The notes beneath the pieces were generated by a model. That model did not search any database. It had not been told where the DNA came from and saw only the letters and a list, made by a program, of their open reading frames with translations. Shown in pieces: positions 38,097 through 51,912 of a DNA stretch of 64,000 bases. The translations under genes and the position numbers were made by a program. Position 1 is the first letter of the stretch. Each line of letters opens with the position of its first letter. The stretch is from Eledone cirrhosa (Eukaryota): assembly GCA_964016885.1 (NCBI GenBank), contig OZ024741.1, positions 332,816,001-332,880,000 on the forward strand, written 5' to 3'.

Positions 38097-38377
38097 TAGA
38101 ACGAGAAATTAAAAAAGAAATAGTAACATAGAAGAAAGTGAGCAAGGGCAGAAACAAAATAATTTTCTTCGAAAAAAAGCAGGTCTGTTCATTTTGACAT
38201 CTCTTGTATATGTTTATGTGAAGTGGCAGGGTCATTAAAATGTTGGATAGAATGCATCACTGTCATTATTTAGGCTGTCTGCACTCAAATATTGCTGAGG
38301 TCAACTTTGCTTTTCATCATTTGGTGGTTAATAAATAAAGTACCAGTTTCGTACTTGGGTCGATTATTCCTCTATAT

Positions 38378-38581
38378 CACACATGTCAAACATACAGCCT
38401 GCAGGCTGCATGTGGCCCTTTACAAGCACAAAGGTTTTTACAGCACGACCATGTTTTATCTTTGTAATATAAAATAAAAAAAAATTAGTTGTAATGTGCG
38501 CAATTAGTTGTCATGTGTGGCCCTCAGACAACACATATGTGACCCATGTGGCCCTCCGGGGACCCTCAGTTTGACATGCTG
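38378..38581. mobile_element. hAT (Charlie-like) MITE
   Basis: Terminal inverted repeats CATGTCAAAC / GTTTGACATG with internal GTGGCCC motifs. Confidence 0.55.
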
Positions 38582-39672
38582 CTCGATATCTTTTTCTCTC
38601 TTGCTCTCTTTCTTTCTCTGGAATTAATTGGCTGTGTTCAGACCTGGTGTAGGATAAACTCTACCAGGTTTAAATATACCGAAAACACTGTATGTCACAA
38701 CTGGGACCTTAAAACTTCATCAGAAGTTCAAAGCTAAAAAACAAAGGAAAGACACGCATAAATGCACATGCACATACAAACACACACATGAGCACACATA
38801 CACATATACACTTGCACACACATGCACACATATGTACACACACATGCACACACACCCACACACACAAACATGCATACATATGCTTATATAACAAACCACA
38901 TTCACATATATGTGAACGTGAGAATGTAGGTATATATGTGCATATTTCACTGCTTCAAATTATATACATATATGCAGTTATATACATATGTGTTGTACAA
39001 TTTATATACATATATAAGTGTATATGTGAATGTGGGTACATGTGTATATATTTTCCTATTTCAATATTTATATATGTACTTGTGTAATAAAACACATATT
39101 TATGTAGTAGTGTGTAGGTGTATATATGTGTAGTGCGTATATAGATTCCTATATCAATGTATATATATATATATGTATATATGATTGTCTAATGAATCAT
39201 ACCCATATGAGTGTATGTGTGATTATATGTGTAATATAATATAATATGTGTATATATTTTCCTCTCTCTCTCTCTTTCGACACACGCACACACACACACA
39301 TATATATATGCTTGTACAACAAAGCACACACTATAGACGTGTGTGTACAATTCTCTGTTACAATACATATGCATGTTTATGTAACAAAACATACATACAT
39401 ACACTTATGAATGTATGTGTGTGAGCTTGTGGAACAAAATATATACACATGAGGAGTGGTGTATGCATGACTATATGTGTGCATATATCTGTGCATATAT
39501 CCTCCATTATAACATATGCATGGCACGGATGTTTGTAGGTGTATGTGTATGAGTATATTTGCATGTGCATCAGTGTTGGTATATGGATGTATTCATGAGT
39601 GGCAAAACTAGTTCTGCAAGTATAAAATGGTACTTATATCTACTACTAATAGTCTTCTCGCACACTCTCATG

Positions 39673-39722
<50 letters not shown>

Positions 39723-40026
39723 ATTATATATATATATATATATATGTATATTTATATATGTATATATATATATATATATATATAACCCATGCTAGCATGG
39801 AAGATAGACGTTAAATGATGATGATGATGATATATATATATATATATGGGTGTGTATATACATGTAAATGTATGTATATTTATATATATATATATGTGTG
39901 TTTATATATATTGCTAGCGTGGAAAATGAATGTTAAACGATGATGATGATGATGATAATATATGTGTGTTTATATATATATATATATATATGGGTGTGTA
40001 TATATATGTAAATGTATGTATATGTA

Positions 40027-40089
<63 letters not shown>

Positions 40090-40095
40090 GTGTGT

Positions 40096-40129
<34 letters not shown>

Positions 40130-40230
40130 GTATATATATAGGTGTGTATATACATGTAAATGTATGTATATATATATATATGTATATGTATATATATATA
40201 TGTGTGTGTGTATGTGTATATATATGTAAT

Positions 40231-40262
<32 letters not shown>

Positions 40263-40611
40263 TACACACACAGACACATATATATATATATATCATCATT
40301 GTTTAACGTATTTTGCTGCCCAATTTGCTGTTCTAATAGCAACAAACACAGCCTACAATCTCCTCTAATGTAACCTTTATATCTTTATATCAACCTATTG
40401 TTATTATTATTGATGTTTAGAAAAGAATCACGCAATACATTGTTCATAGCTGAATGAATCTTTAGCATTGTGTTCCACTGAAATAAGGAAATCTTAATCC
40501 ATATTAGTGTACAAATATTAACAACCTGGCTAATGCTAACTTTGTCAGCCATTTCTCCATATTCATATAAGGATGATGATGATGATAATTATCATCATCA
40601 TTATTATAAAT

Positions 40612-40953
40612 GTTACGGCCCTTTATGGTCTGAGTTCAAATCCTGCCGAAGTTAACTTTGCCTTTCATCCTTACAGGGTCGATAAAATAAAGTACCAGTA
40701 ATACACTGGGGTAATTGCTGGCCTTGTGCCAAAAGTAGAAACAATTATTATAAATGTTAGGGGAGGTGGATTGGCAGTATCGGTAGAGGATCGGACACTA
40801 TGCTTCAACGCATAGAGTTACGGCCCTTGCCATTCTGAGTTCAAATCCCGCCGAGGTTAACTTTGCCTTTCATCCTTACGGGGTCGATAAAATAAAGTAC
40901 CAGTAATACACTGGGATAATTGCTGGCCTTGTGCCAAAAGTAGAAACAATTAT
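40612..40953 (+). mobile_element. Two tandem SINE family 2 copies
   Basis: The conserved core occurs twice, each time with a TTA tail. Confidence 0.85.
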
Positions 40954-41030
40954 TATAAATGTTGTTATTATTTTATGTTGCAGGTATACTTCACCCTGCC
41001 TCATTAATTGGTTCCAGAAATCAAGATTTA

Positions 41031-41248
41031 CTGTATATACTTGAATATAATCTGAAGAATATCTGACTTAATAAATCGATGGCAGAAGTAGGAGGGAGGG
41101 TGTCGGTTTATCTTTAGGATCAATATTTTGAGGATTTTCACCAACTTTAAATTCTATGTAAATAAGGTTTGGATTTTTGCCCATTTCTCAGACATAATAT
41201 AGTGGGGTCGGCTTATATTCTTATCAGCTTATATTTGTGTATATACAG
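41031..41248. mobile_element. Tc1/pogo-type MITE
   Basis: TA flanks; TIR CTGTATATACTTGAATATAA / TTATATTTGTGTATATACAG. Confidence 0.65.
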
Positions 41249-41849
41249 TAAGTTGTAAAATGCTGAATGTCAAATTAATCCCTCTCCTATAAACTGCTAA
41301 TAGGCATCCCCCTAAGGCCCCTATCCATCAGTAATGGCCATGGTTTTACACCTAGAATGGTTCCCTCTGAGGCACAAGTGTGGGTAAGATTTTTTGTGAA
41401 AGACCAGTCTCACCAATGTTATCCAATGGAAAGGCAATGGCTGATACACTTTGACACAAGTGACATTGCAATTCACTTCTACAACTGAGTGAATCGGAGT
41501 AACATGAAATAAAGTGTTTTACTCAAGGACACAATACATCACCCGGTCCAAGAATCGAACTCACATTCTCTCAATTGCAAACCCAACACTCTAACCATGA
41601 TGCCATCTCCCAGGGCTCTAATTTAATGTGCATACAGCATACAGTACACTATTATTTATGTATTTGTTGTTTTTTATGGTTTTATATTTTTGGTAGACCA
41701 ATGTAAAGATGAGTCAGTCAATATAACAAAAGGTTTTTTTGCCATATAATATTTTAAAAAAACCCCATAATTTCGAATATGGTAAAACTTGAAATGTCGT
41801 AAACAAATGTATACCTGTATTTTGCTTTCCATGCTGGCAAAAGTTGAAC

Positions 41850-42635
41850 AGGTTTTCATGGTCTAAAACTTAATTGATCAGGGATGCACATTTATTGTAT
41901 ATATACCCTATTTCAGCATAGTTTCTATGGCTGCAAAGCTTTTCATAATACCAATCACTTTATTGAAAGTACCAGGTGCATTGTCACGGTCTGAAACTAA
42001 ACTGGTCAGGGAAGCATAATATGTACCATATTCAAGCATGGTTTCTACAGCTGCATGCCCTTCCTAATGCCAACCAGTTTACAGAGTATACTGGGTGCAT
42101 TGTCACAGTGTGAAACTAAACCTGTCAGGGAATCACATCTAGCTCATATGTCCTATATTTTAGCATGGTTTCTATGGCTGCATGCCATCCCTAATGCCAA
42201 CCACTTTACAGAGTGTACTGGGTGCATTTGATTGTGGCACCTGCACAACCACTTTACAGAGTGTACATTGTGTGTTGTCATGGTGTGAAACTTAACTGGT
42301 CAAGGAAACACTTTTAGCTTATGCATACCGTATTTCAGCATGGCTTCTACGACTGCATGCCCTTCCTAATGCCAACCACTTTACAGAGTGTACCAGGTGC
42401 ATTTCATCAATAGATCAATGCTACCATTTTATACTGTGTACCAGGTACTTGTTATAATGGCACTAGCAGGACCACTTTACAGAATGTACAGGGCATTTTA
42501 TCATAGCACCATCACTATGGCTGTAGAGTGTACTGGGTGCATTTTATCATGACACCAACACTACCACTTTACAGAGTGTACTGGGTGTATTTTATCATGA
42601 CATCAGCACTATCACTTTACAAGTGTATTGGGTGG
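41850..42635 (-). repeat. Minisatellite derived from an RTE/SINE 3' UTR motif
   Basis: Repeated ACCACTTTACAGAGTGTACTGGGTGCATT in units of about 115-120 bp and then about 42 bp. Confidence 0.75.
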
Positions 42636-43526
42636 GAGTGATGATGATGATGTGATGAAGTGGAGAAGGAGGCCATATTTTCCTGAGTGCATCCTGTTTT
42701 TGTTTTTTTTTAGAAAAGATTAGTTACACAATATCAATTTTCTCCTCTATATCTCTTTCTCATTTCCATTCTTTCACTTTCTATCCTCTGGAAAAAAATC
42801 GGCTGTGTTCAGACCTGGAAAAGAGTTGGACTCCGCCAGGTTAAAAATGCCCAAGAAATGCCATATGCCACTATAGTGCTCCTATGGGACAATACTATAC
42901 CATACTATACCATACCATAAGTACCAGGGTTGATGTGATCAACTTCAACCTTCACCCAAATTACTGGTCTTGTGCTAAAGTTAGAAAGTATTATTATTCC
43001 CTCTAGCCCTATCTCTTCCATAACTCCCCTTTTAATACTACATCTCCCATCATACACTCACCTCATTCTCTCATCACTATCTTCTAGTCCTCCCTTTTCT
43101 GCCAGACCCAAGGTCGGATATATCAGGGAGTTAGAGGGGGCGAATGTTCTAGACACCCCTTGTCGCCCCCCCCCCCCCGAACATGTCCTCCCCCCTCTAG
43201 GAACAGCCCTACCCCCCTCTAGGAATAGCCCTGGCGACCCCCAAACCTGAGCTTCCTGGGCACCTTACCAGCCCTAAACTTCCCTAGGCCCTCCCAAACC
43301 TGAACTGCCCTGAGCCCCCAAAGTCTAAATATGGCCTTTACTTCACCATATCATTCCTGTTCATTTTGTTGCTCTCATAATACTCTTCTACTCTTCCACC
43401 TCTCATCCTCTTCTTTTTGTTGCTATCATTTCTCTCTCTCTTCTGGCCACACTCTTGGACATGTTACCTTAAATAAACAAAGGCTGTGTAGGAACCTTTT
43501 AATCTTTCAAGATCCAACACAAACTC

Positions 43527-43770
43527 ACTAGTGCTGATGTTATGATAAAATGCACCCAGTACACTCTGTAAAGAGGTTAGTGTTGAGAAGGGCCTCTAGT
43601 CATAGAAACTAGTGCAGGTGTTATGATAAAGTGCACCCAGTACACTCCACAAAGGGTTGATGTTGGGAAGGACATCTAGTCATAGAAACTAGTGCTGGCT
43701 TTATAACAATATGCACATAGTACACTCTGTAAAGGGGCTGGTATTATGAAGGGTATCTAGTCATAGGAAC
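43527..43770 (+). repeat. Three tandem ~80-bp units of the same 3' UTR motif
   Basis: ACTAGTGC...GCACCCAGTACACTCTGTAAAG...CTAGTCATAGAA three times. Confidence 0.8.
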
Positions 43771-43894
43771 AATGCCAAAAATGGAACATAGGAGTGAAGG
43801 ATGGTTCTCTGACCTGTTTAGGAGGTCAGTGATTCTGAATAAAAACTGACAATGACCATAACTCCTACAACCCATACCAGTATAGTAAGTGGAC

Positions 43895-44497
43895 AACAGG
43901 GATGATGATGATGGTGATGGTGATGATGACAGGGATGGTAGTGGGAATGATGATCACATTGATCACAAGAATCATTATGATGATGATGATGACAGTGGGA
44001 TGATGGTGGGGTGATGGTGGTGATGATGGCAATGATGATGATGATGATGACATGACAAACATGATGATGATAATCACGACGATGATGATAACGATGACAA
44101 CTATGATGAGGATGGTGGCATGATGGTGGTGGCCTGATGGTGGTAGTGGTGATCATGATGATGATCATGGTGGGGTTATGGTGGTGATTGTAATAATCAT
44201 GACGATGATGGGGATAATGACAGCCATGGCAGCGATGGTGATGATGAATTTGGCAGTATTGGCTGGACGCCATGCTTTGCAGCATAGAGTTACGGCCCTT
44301 TACGGTCTGAGTTCAAATCCCACTGAGGTTAACTTTGCCTTTCATCCTTACGGGATCGATAAAATAAAGTACCAGTAATGCGCTGAGATAATTGCTGGCC
44401 TTGTGTCAAATATAGAAACAATTATTATGATGAATATGATGATAATCACTACAGTGATGATGATGATGACGATGACGATGATGATGATGACGATGAC

Positions 44498-44540
<43 letters not shown>

Positions 44541-44885
44541 TACATGCCTCATCTAAATGAAAGTTATAAAGAATAAGCCAACAATGAAAGCGCTAAACAA
44601 TTAAAAGAAGCTATTGATTGTCTATCAAAGTATATGATGTAATTAGCAAAGTTGTTGGTCTATGATTCTAGTGTTATAATATCTGACATGCTACTATCTG
44701 CTATCCAAAGCAAGCTTACCGCTTTCACATTCTACACATCATCATCATCATCGCTATCATAATTATTATCATCATCATCATCATCATCATCATCTTCTTC
44801 TTCTTCTTCTTCTTCTTCTTCTTCTTCTTCTTCTTCTTCTTCTTCTTCTTCTTCTTCTTCTTCTTCTTCTTCATCCTCATCATTT
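43895..44885. repeat. (GAT)n, (CAT)n and (CTT)n tracts with a SINE family 2 copy at about 44250-44428
   Basis: Directly visible. Confidence 0.85.
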
Positions 44886-45890
44886 TTATGAATGCTTTCC
44901 CAGCTGACATGGGTTGTACAGACTGTTATGGTCCAAGATTGTTCTAGGAGGCCAGTATGTTACTGGCCTCCTAGCTGCTCCAGGGTGTGGACCACATGTC
45001 ATTGTTACTCATATTTTCCTAACACCATTCACATAACAGAGTGCACATACAGAAAAACAAAATATATATATATGAAGATAAAAGTGTTTAAGAGTTCTTC
45101 TCTTCATAACCATTTAGTTTTAGTTTCAATCCTACTGTGCAGCACCTAAAGCCTTTAGCATTCACATTACTCTATATTCACTTGAGTATTTACACAGTAA
45201 AGGCTTTATCTCACATAATATCAAATCTATGAGATTTTGATGCTATTTATTTTAAGAACAATACCTTAACATCAGTATGAGTGGCCAGTTATAGCCAGTT
45301 TGAACAGAAAGAGGTGCGAAAATGCTGGCTAAAGGGTTTAAATGCTAAAGAGTTAAGCAAGTTTCTTGTACAATAGCTTATTTTGATAGTAATGTTAGGA
45401 ATTGATTGTCAGAATCCCAGACATCATTTGCTTACCAAGTGGAGTAGAAATCATCCAATCAAACGAAGGAAACAATGTTTCCATTGATCTTTCCATTGTT
45501 GATACTATCTACTGGTCACAACCCCTGGCAAATTAAATGTAAAGAGTAATTTTAATAATGGGTTTTCATTTCGGCACAAGACCAGCGATGTGAGGGGAAG
45601 AGTATGTCAATTAAATCAACCTCAGTATTTGACTGGTACTTTATTTTGTCAATTGACCTCAGCAGGATTTTAACTCAGAAGGTAAAGAGCTGGAATAAAT
45701 ACCACAAAGCATTTGTCTGATGCTCTACCAATTCCGCCAATCCACTACCCTTATAAGCAATTTTAATAATTGTGATTCTGAGTTCAGTTCCACTACTCAG
45801 CACCTTGGGCAAGTGTCTTCTACACTTGCCTCAGATTCACCATTTTCTTGTGAGTGGAATTTGGTAGCTGGAAACTGCAAAAGCTCATTA

Positions 45891-45942
<52 letters not shown>

Positions 45943-46062
45943 GAGGTGAGTTTTATTGTAGCACAATAAAGCAATGCAAATATCAGATAAGTAGCACTCT
46001 ACAGTTTGTAGGACTGGAGTATAAATAATATAAGATCAAAAGATGGTTAAAAGAGTTCCAAG

Positions 46063-46133
46063 TATTTTATTATGCGCATTTCAAAAACAAATATCATCAT
46101 GGGATGATATCTGCGTTCACATCAGATAAAATA
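46063..46133 (-). ncRNA. Hammerhead motif in the PLE-A left arm (A9 mutated)
   Basis: Minus strand reads TATTTTAT CTGATGT gaacGCAGATATCATC ccat GATGATATTTGTtttt GAAA TGCGCA TA ATAAAATA. Confidence 0.75.
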
Positions 46134-48964
46134 GGGAGACATGATATGAAGCTTAAAAAACACTTGTGAATAGTGAAGTTTTAAATCAACATATGAAAAA
46201 TAAATTAAGATTGATGTATGAGATTGGGAAAAAGTGAGGTGAGGTTGGAAAAGGTAAGGAAGAGGAAGAGATGAGAGTAAAGGATGGTGGGGGGAGGAGT
46301 ATAAGAAGGAAGGATGAGAGAGGAGGAGAGATGGGTGATAGAGAGAGAGAGATAGCCTTTATAACTGAGAAAAAATATATATTGTCTCACAGAGAGAAAT
46401 TGAAAAGCCGTTGGAAGATAATAGATAATTTAGAATATTTTGAAATTAAAAGTTAATGAGGTTTATGCATGAAGAAAAAAGAATTAAGAATAGTATTAAA
46501 TTACGGTTTCTATAACCTTAATATTATTAAGAACATTATACGTGATCTCTTTAAGCAACATAACCTTAAAATTGAATTTGATAACAACGTCAAACTAGCT
46601 AACTTCTTGGATATATCCCTTAATCTTGACACTGGCCTATATTACCCTTACCATAAAAACAATGAGAATCTAAATTATGTTAATTTTAAATTTAACCACC
46701 CCACTAACATTAAAAATGCTATAGTCAGTAATATTGGAAAAAGAATCTCAAACCTATCCTCTAATAAAGATATCTTCGATGCTAACGCCAATTACTATAA
46801 TAATGCGCTTTCTAAAGCCGGCTATCCTGATAAAATTAAATACAGTAAAGAAACCAATCCTAGAAGGTCTTACAGTAAAATAATTAATTATGAACATTCC
46901 AATAACTTAAATAAAAGACCTAGATACAAAAATATAATCTGGTATAATGCTCCTTTCTCTATTTCTATTAATAATAATATTCCTAAACTATTCTTTAGGG
47001 CCTTAGATAAATGCTTCCCTCCCTCACATATCTATAGTAAAATCTTTAACAAACATTCAATAAAATTTTCTTATTCCACCTCTTCCAACATCTCTAGCAT
47101 TATCTCTAAACACAACAATAAAATATTAAATAATAAATCACATCCTTCCAACACTGAGCGTCATAATAATAGCAGTAGTACTCCCGACTTCATTGTTAAC
47201 TCTAGGCTAGATTCTGTAAACTTAAATACGACGTCAAACGTAACTTCGTTGAATGTTCATAATACCAATCTAAATCAGAAACTATTATTCCTATCGTAAA
47301 TAACTTCTCCAATCCAATTCCTCCTATAAATAACAATAGGTCACTTGTTAATAACTCTGTTAATTTCTCTAATCGTAATTGCAATTGCCCTGTTAGAACT
47401 AAATGTCCTCTTAATAACCACTGTCTTGATAAAAACTTAGTCTATGAATGTAAAGTTATAACTGATACCAATTCCTTTACCTCTTTCGGTTCCACCTCCA
47501 CTTCCTTCAAAGCTAGATTTTATAATCACAATTCGTATTTTAGATACCAACTTAAAAGAACTAACACGGCACTCTCGGAACTCATATGGTCCTTGAAAGA
47601 CAAAAATATTAACTATAACATCTCTTGGAGGAAGGTTTGTTCTGCCTTTCCTTACCTGAATTCTTCCCTATCCAGAACATGCAATCTCTGCCTAGCCGAG
47701 AAATTTACCATTATATCTAATTTCAATTCTATAATAAATAGACGCACGGATTTATTTTCTCTCTGCTTGCATAAATTCCACAGAACATTCCATAAAGTAT
47801 ACAGCTAATATCTAATACCTTACTAGTTTAAAATCCTTTTTCTCAAAGGCTTATATATCTTTTACAAATATACCCATCTTTCTACCTTATTTCAATATTA
47901 TTTATTAAATATTATATAATACAATTTACTCATTCTATATCATTCCTCTTTATCATTTTCCTTTCTTCTTTTTTTCTTTTTAATTTCTAACCTCTAATCT
48001 GTACTTTTTCTTCCCAACTACTTCTCTATTCTTATTATTACTCACCACAACATTATCCATTCTGCCATCTTTCCTCATATCTCTGGCCATAAAAATTATT
48101 TTTTTAATACATTATAGTATTACCATTAGAAGTCCTTCGTAAACATATAATTTTTTGACGTTAGATTTTTTTTCTTCCTTAAATGTTTCTTATTTCCTCC
48201 ATCCTTTCATGCTCGTTTTAAACTACTACTTAATTTGACTTTTACATATTACAATACATAAAAACAAACTTAAACCCTAACTAATTTCTTTTAATATATT
48301 ATATTATTACCATTAGAAAATATTTCGTAACTTTTTGATGTTAGATATTTTCTTCCTTAAATATTCTTTTCTTCTTTCCTTCCGCGCTCATTTTAAAACA
48401 AAATATTTACGTACACATATTACATTACATAAAAACAAACTTAAACCCTAACTAATTCCTCTAAATTCATGACTCATTCATTCTTCTCCCTCTTTTTACA
48501 TTATATCCTTAATAACATTAATATTTTTATTTTAATAATACATATTAATAAATTCTTTTCCTCGCACATATTATTAAACCCTTCAATATACAAACCTTAA
48601 TTTAATACTATTCTTAATTCCTTTTTCTTCATGCATAAACCTCATTAACTTTTAATTTCAAAATCTTTTAAATTATCTATTATCTTCCAACGGCTTTTCA
48701 ATTTCTCTCTGTGAGACAATATATATATTTTTCTCAGTTGTAAAGGCACTCTCACTCTCTCCATCACCCATCTCTCCTCTTCTCTCATCCTTCCTTCTTA
48801 TACTCCTCCCCCCACCATCCTTTACTCTCATCTCTTCCTCTTCCTTACCTTTTCCAACCCCCCCCCCCTCACTGTTTCCCAATCTCATACATCAATCTTA
48901 ATTTATTTTTCATATGTTGATTTAAAACTTCACTATTCACAAGTGTTTTTTAAGCTTCATATCA

Positions 48965-49030
48965 TTATCTGATGAGAACGCAGATATCATCCCATGATGA
49001 TATTTGTTTTTGAAATGCGCATAACAAAAT
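48965..49030 (+). ncRNA. Hammerhead motif in the PLE-A right arm (core intact, helix I damaged)
   Basis: CTGATGA at 48969-48975, long helix II, GAAA at 49012-49015, TGCGCA TA. Confidence 0.75.
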
Positions 49031-49369
49031 ACTTGGAACTCTTTTAACCATCTTTTGATCTTATATTATATTATATATATACAGTTCAAGAGTAACCAAT
49101 CTTAAAGAGAGAGATGGAGATAGGAGAGGAGAGATTGGTGAATTAGTTAGAAGCCAAAGCGTAAAGGCATGTGCTCAATGTACAATATGCAGTGGAAGGC
49201 AGCTAGGTAGCTGGGTTCATGCAGAGGTTAGGTGCACAGAGCTGGAAATATTCATTAGTTAAGCAAAACAAGACCACAAATTTCACAAGGAAGACATTAT
49301 TAAAAGATTGTCAACATATTTTAGTTTGATGTAAGGAATGTAAAGAATAATAATAATAATATTAATAAT

Positions 49370-49745
49370 AATTGTTTCTATTTTAGGCACAAGGCCAGCA
49401 ATTCACCAGTACATTATTGGTACTTTATTTTATCGACCCCGTAAGGATGAAAGGCAAAGTTAACCTCGGCGGGATTTGAACTCAGATCATAAAAGGACGT
49501 AACTCTATGCTTCAAAGCATGGTGTCCGACTCTCTACCGATACTGCCATAATATTGTTTCTACTATTGGCACAAGGCCAGCAATTAACCAGTACATTACT
49601 GGTACTTTATTTTATCGACCCCGTAAGGATGAAAGGCAAAGTTAACCTCGGCGAGATTTGAACACAAAATGGCAAGGGCCGTAACTCTATGCGTCAAAGC
49701 ATGGTGTCCAACACTCTACCGATACTGCCAATCCACCGCCCTATA
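49370..49745 (-). mobile_element. Two tandem SINE family 2 copies inside the PLE-C left arm
   Basis: The reverse-complement core occurs twice and is absent from the right arm. Confidence 0.85.
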
Positions 49746-49774
49746 CTGCCATAATATTAATAATAATAATGTCC

Positions 49775-49893
49775 GTTTACAATTGTTTCGCTACTCCATA
49801 TAATATTTCTGGATCAAAGGATTCAAGATCATTATTGATCTGGTTCAGTTGAAAATAATTAATATAGGTAAAAATAAAGCAACTCATCGGACC
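49775..49893 (-). ncRNA. Hammerhead motif (C4 variant) in the PLE-C left arm
   Basis: Reverse complement of 51097-51215, again with CCGATGA. Confidence 0.6.
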
Positions 49894-51096
49894 TTCAAAA
49901 GGAATATAAATTAAAATAAGCAAAGAATGTTACATAAATGTAATGTTCCATATATTGGTATTTCACTATGGTGTCCTGGGTATATCTATTGTCTGCCAGA
50001 GTCAAGCAGTATTCTTCTGTCGAGGCTGCATTGTGTGAGATCTGCCTATGGGTAACAAGATAGCCGCCAATGGACATATTTACCTTACTAATTAGAGGGT
50101 GGTTTCAGGGGAAGTAACTCCTCGCGAGATTAGAAATTGTGGGTAGTTTATAGTTAAGTGCTAATTTTTTAATTTTTTAATTGAGAGATAATATACTTAC
50201 TCTAGTAACACACCTCCCCCATCTAATCCTTCTAGCACTGACCAACCGCTTAGGTTAAACAACCCTACTCTCACTAACCGCAGAAGTAACTGCAACTGCC
50301 GTTACCCAAATGCATGCCCACTAAATGGACATTGCCTGACACCCAATATAGTTTATAGGTGCACGGTTAAAACTGCTTCGCATACCAGCTCCTATATCGG
50401 GTCTACCTCTAACCCTTTTAAGGTACGCTATAACGCGCACTCTTTTTCCTTCCTAGACCCTAACAACAGATGTTCGACATCTCTAGCTAGGCTCATTAAA
50501 AACCTTAAATTAACCAACATTGAACACTCACTAACATGGGATATCTTGGTTAGGGCCTAACCGTTTAATGGATGAAGAAAATCTTGTGACTTCTGTCTTA
50601 CCGAAGCATATTACATAACTCTATCACGACATCTACCGATTAACTATAGAACGAAGGTAACTTTTCAACATCGAAGGGCTAATTCCTTCGCCAACAGAAT
50701 ATTTGACCCAACATAGTCATCTATCCCCATTTTTACTTGTAGCTAAGAAGTTAAATAGTTATAGCTAACTTAGATAATTATAAGTTACCTCCCGTATATT
50801 GTCTCTCAATTAAAAAATTAAAAAATTAGCACATAACTATAAACTACCGACAATTTCTAATCTCTCGAGGAGTTACTTCCCCTGAAACCCCCCTCTAATT
50901 AGTAAGGGAAATATATCCATTGGCGGCCATCTTGTTACCCATAGGCAGATCTCACACAATGCAGCCTCGACAGAAGAATACTGCTTGACTATGGCAGACA
51001 ATAGACATACCCAGGACACCATAGTGAAATACCAATATATGGAACATTACATTTATGTAACATTCTTTGCTTATTTTAATTTATATTCCTTTTGAA

Positions 51097-51215
51097 GTTC
51101 CGATGAGCTGCTCTATTTTTACCTATGTTAATTATTTTCAACTGAACCAGATCAATAATGATCTAGAATCATTTGATCCAGAAATATTATATGGAGTAGC
51201 GAAACAATTGTAAAC
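51097..51215 (+). ncRNA. Hammerhead motif (C4 variant, 94-nt helix II domain) in the PLE-C right arm
   Basis: GTT CCGATGA GCTGCTCTAT...ATGGAGTAGC GAAA CAATTG TA AAC. Confidence 0.65.
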
Positions 51216-51478
51216 GGACATTATTATTATTATTCTCTACATTCCTTACATCAAACTAAAATATGTTGACAATCTTTTAATAATGTCTTCCTTGTGAAAT
51301 TTGTGGTCTTGTTTTGCTTAACTAATGAATATATATATATATATATATATATGTAGGAGGTGAGTTTTATTGTAGTACAATAAAGCAATGCAGATATCGG
51401 ATAAGAAGCACTCTACAGTTTGTAGGACTGGAGTATACATAATATATAAGATCAAAAGATGGTTAAATGAGTTCCATG

Positions 51479-51549
51479 TATTTTATTATGCGCATTTCAA
51501 AAACAAATATCATCATGCAATAACATTTGTGTTTTCATCAGATAAAATA
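51479..51549 (-). ncRNA. Intact type I hammerhead motif in the PLE-B left arm
   Basis: Reverse complement of 55209-55279. Confidence 0.85.
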
Positions 51550-51912
51550 GGAAGACATGATATGAAGGTTAAAAACACTTGTGGATAGTGCAGTTTTAAA
51601 TCAACATATGAAAAGTAGTTTTACATTGATGTGTGATATTGGGGAAACATTTTTTCTTAGGGGTTGGGGGGTTGGAAAGGATGAAAAAAAGGAGGAGATG
51701 AGAGTAAAAAGTGGAGGGAGGGGGGAGTATAATGAGGAAGGATGAGATAGGAGGAGAGATGGGTGATAGAGAGAGAGAGATAGCTTTTATAACTGAGAAA
51801 AATATATTGTTTTACATAGAGAGGTTGAAAAACCGTTGGAAGATAATGTATAAATTAAAAGAATTTGAAAATTAACGAAGAGAAAAATAATGTAAAGTTA
51901 AGGTTTGTATAT

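Larger units (their letters stand above)
45940..49070 (+). mobile_element. Penelope-like element A: 5'-truncated RT C-terminus plus GIY-YIG endonuclease, with an inverted copy of the 3' end
   Basis: ORF 46469-47299 (NFLDISLNL...YYPYHK...NHP...IIWYNAPF...KIFNKHSIKFSYS). After a frameshift, 47371-47808 gives CNC...CPLNNHCL...VY...FGST...FKAR...H...CNLCLAEK...C.H. Arms 46024-46512 and 48587-49069 are reverse complements. Confidence 0.9.
49248..51332 (+). mobile_element. Penelope-like element C: GIY-YIG endonuclease remnant between ~540-bp inverted arms; the left arm is interrupted by two SINEs
   Basis: Manual translation of 50279-50716 gives SNCNCRYPNACPLNGHCLTPNIVYRCTV...YIGSTSNPFKVRYNAH...CDFCLTE, with two stops. 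The arms are 49248-50196 (excluding SINEs at about 49365-49760) and 50794-51332. Confidence 0.88.

Noticed and set aside
50555-50578. In-frame TGA in the PLE-C endonuclease as a possible selenocysteine codon (reported for some Naiad PLEs)
   Set aside because: It is not at a conserved Cys position, a TAA stop lies five codons upstream, and no SECIS was recognised. Ordinary decay explains it.
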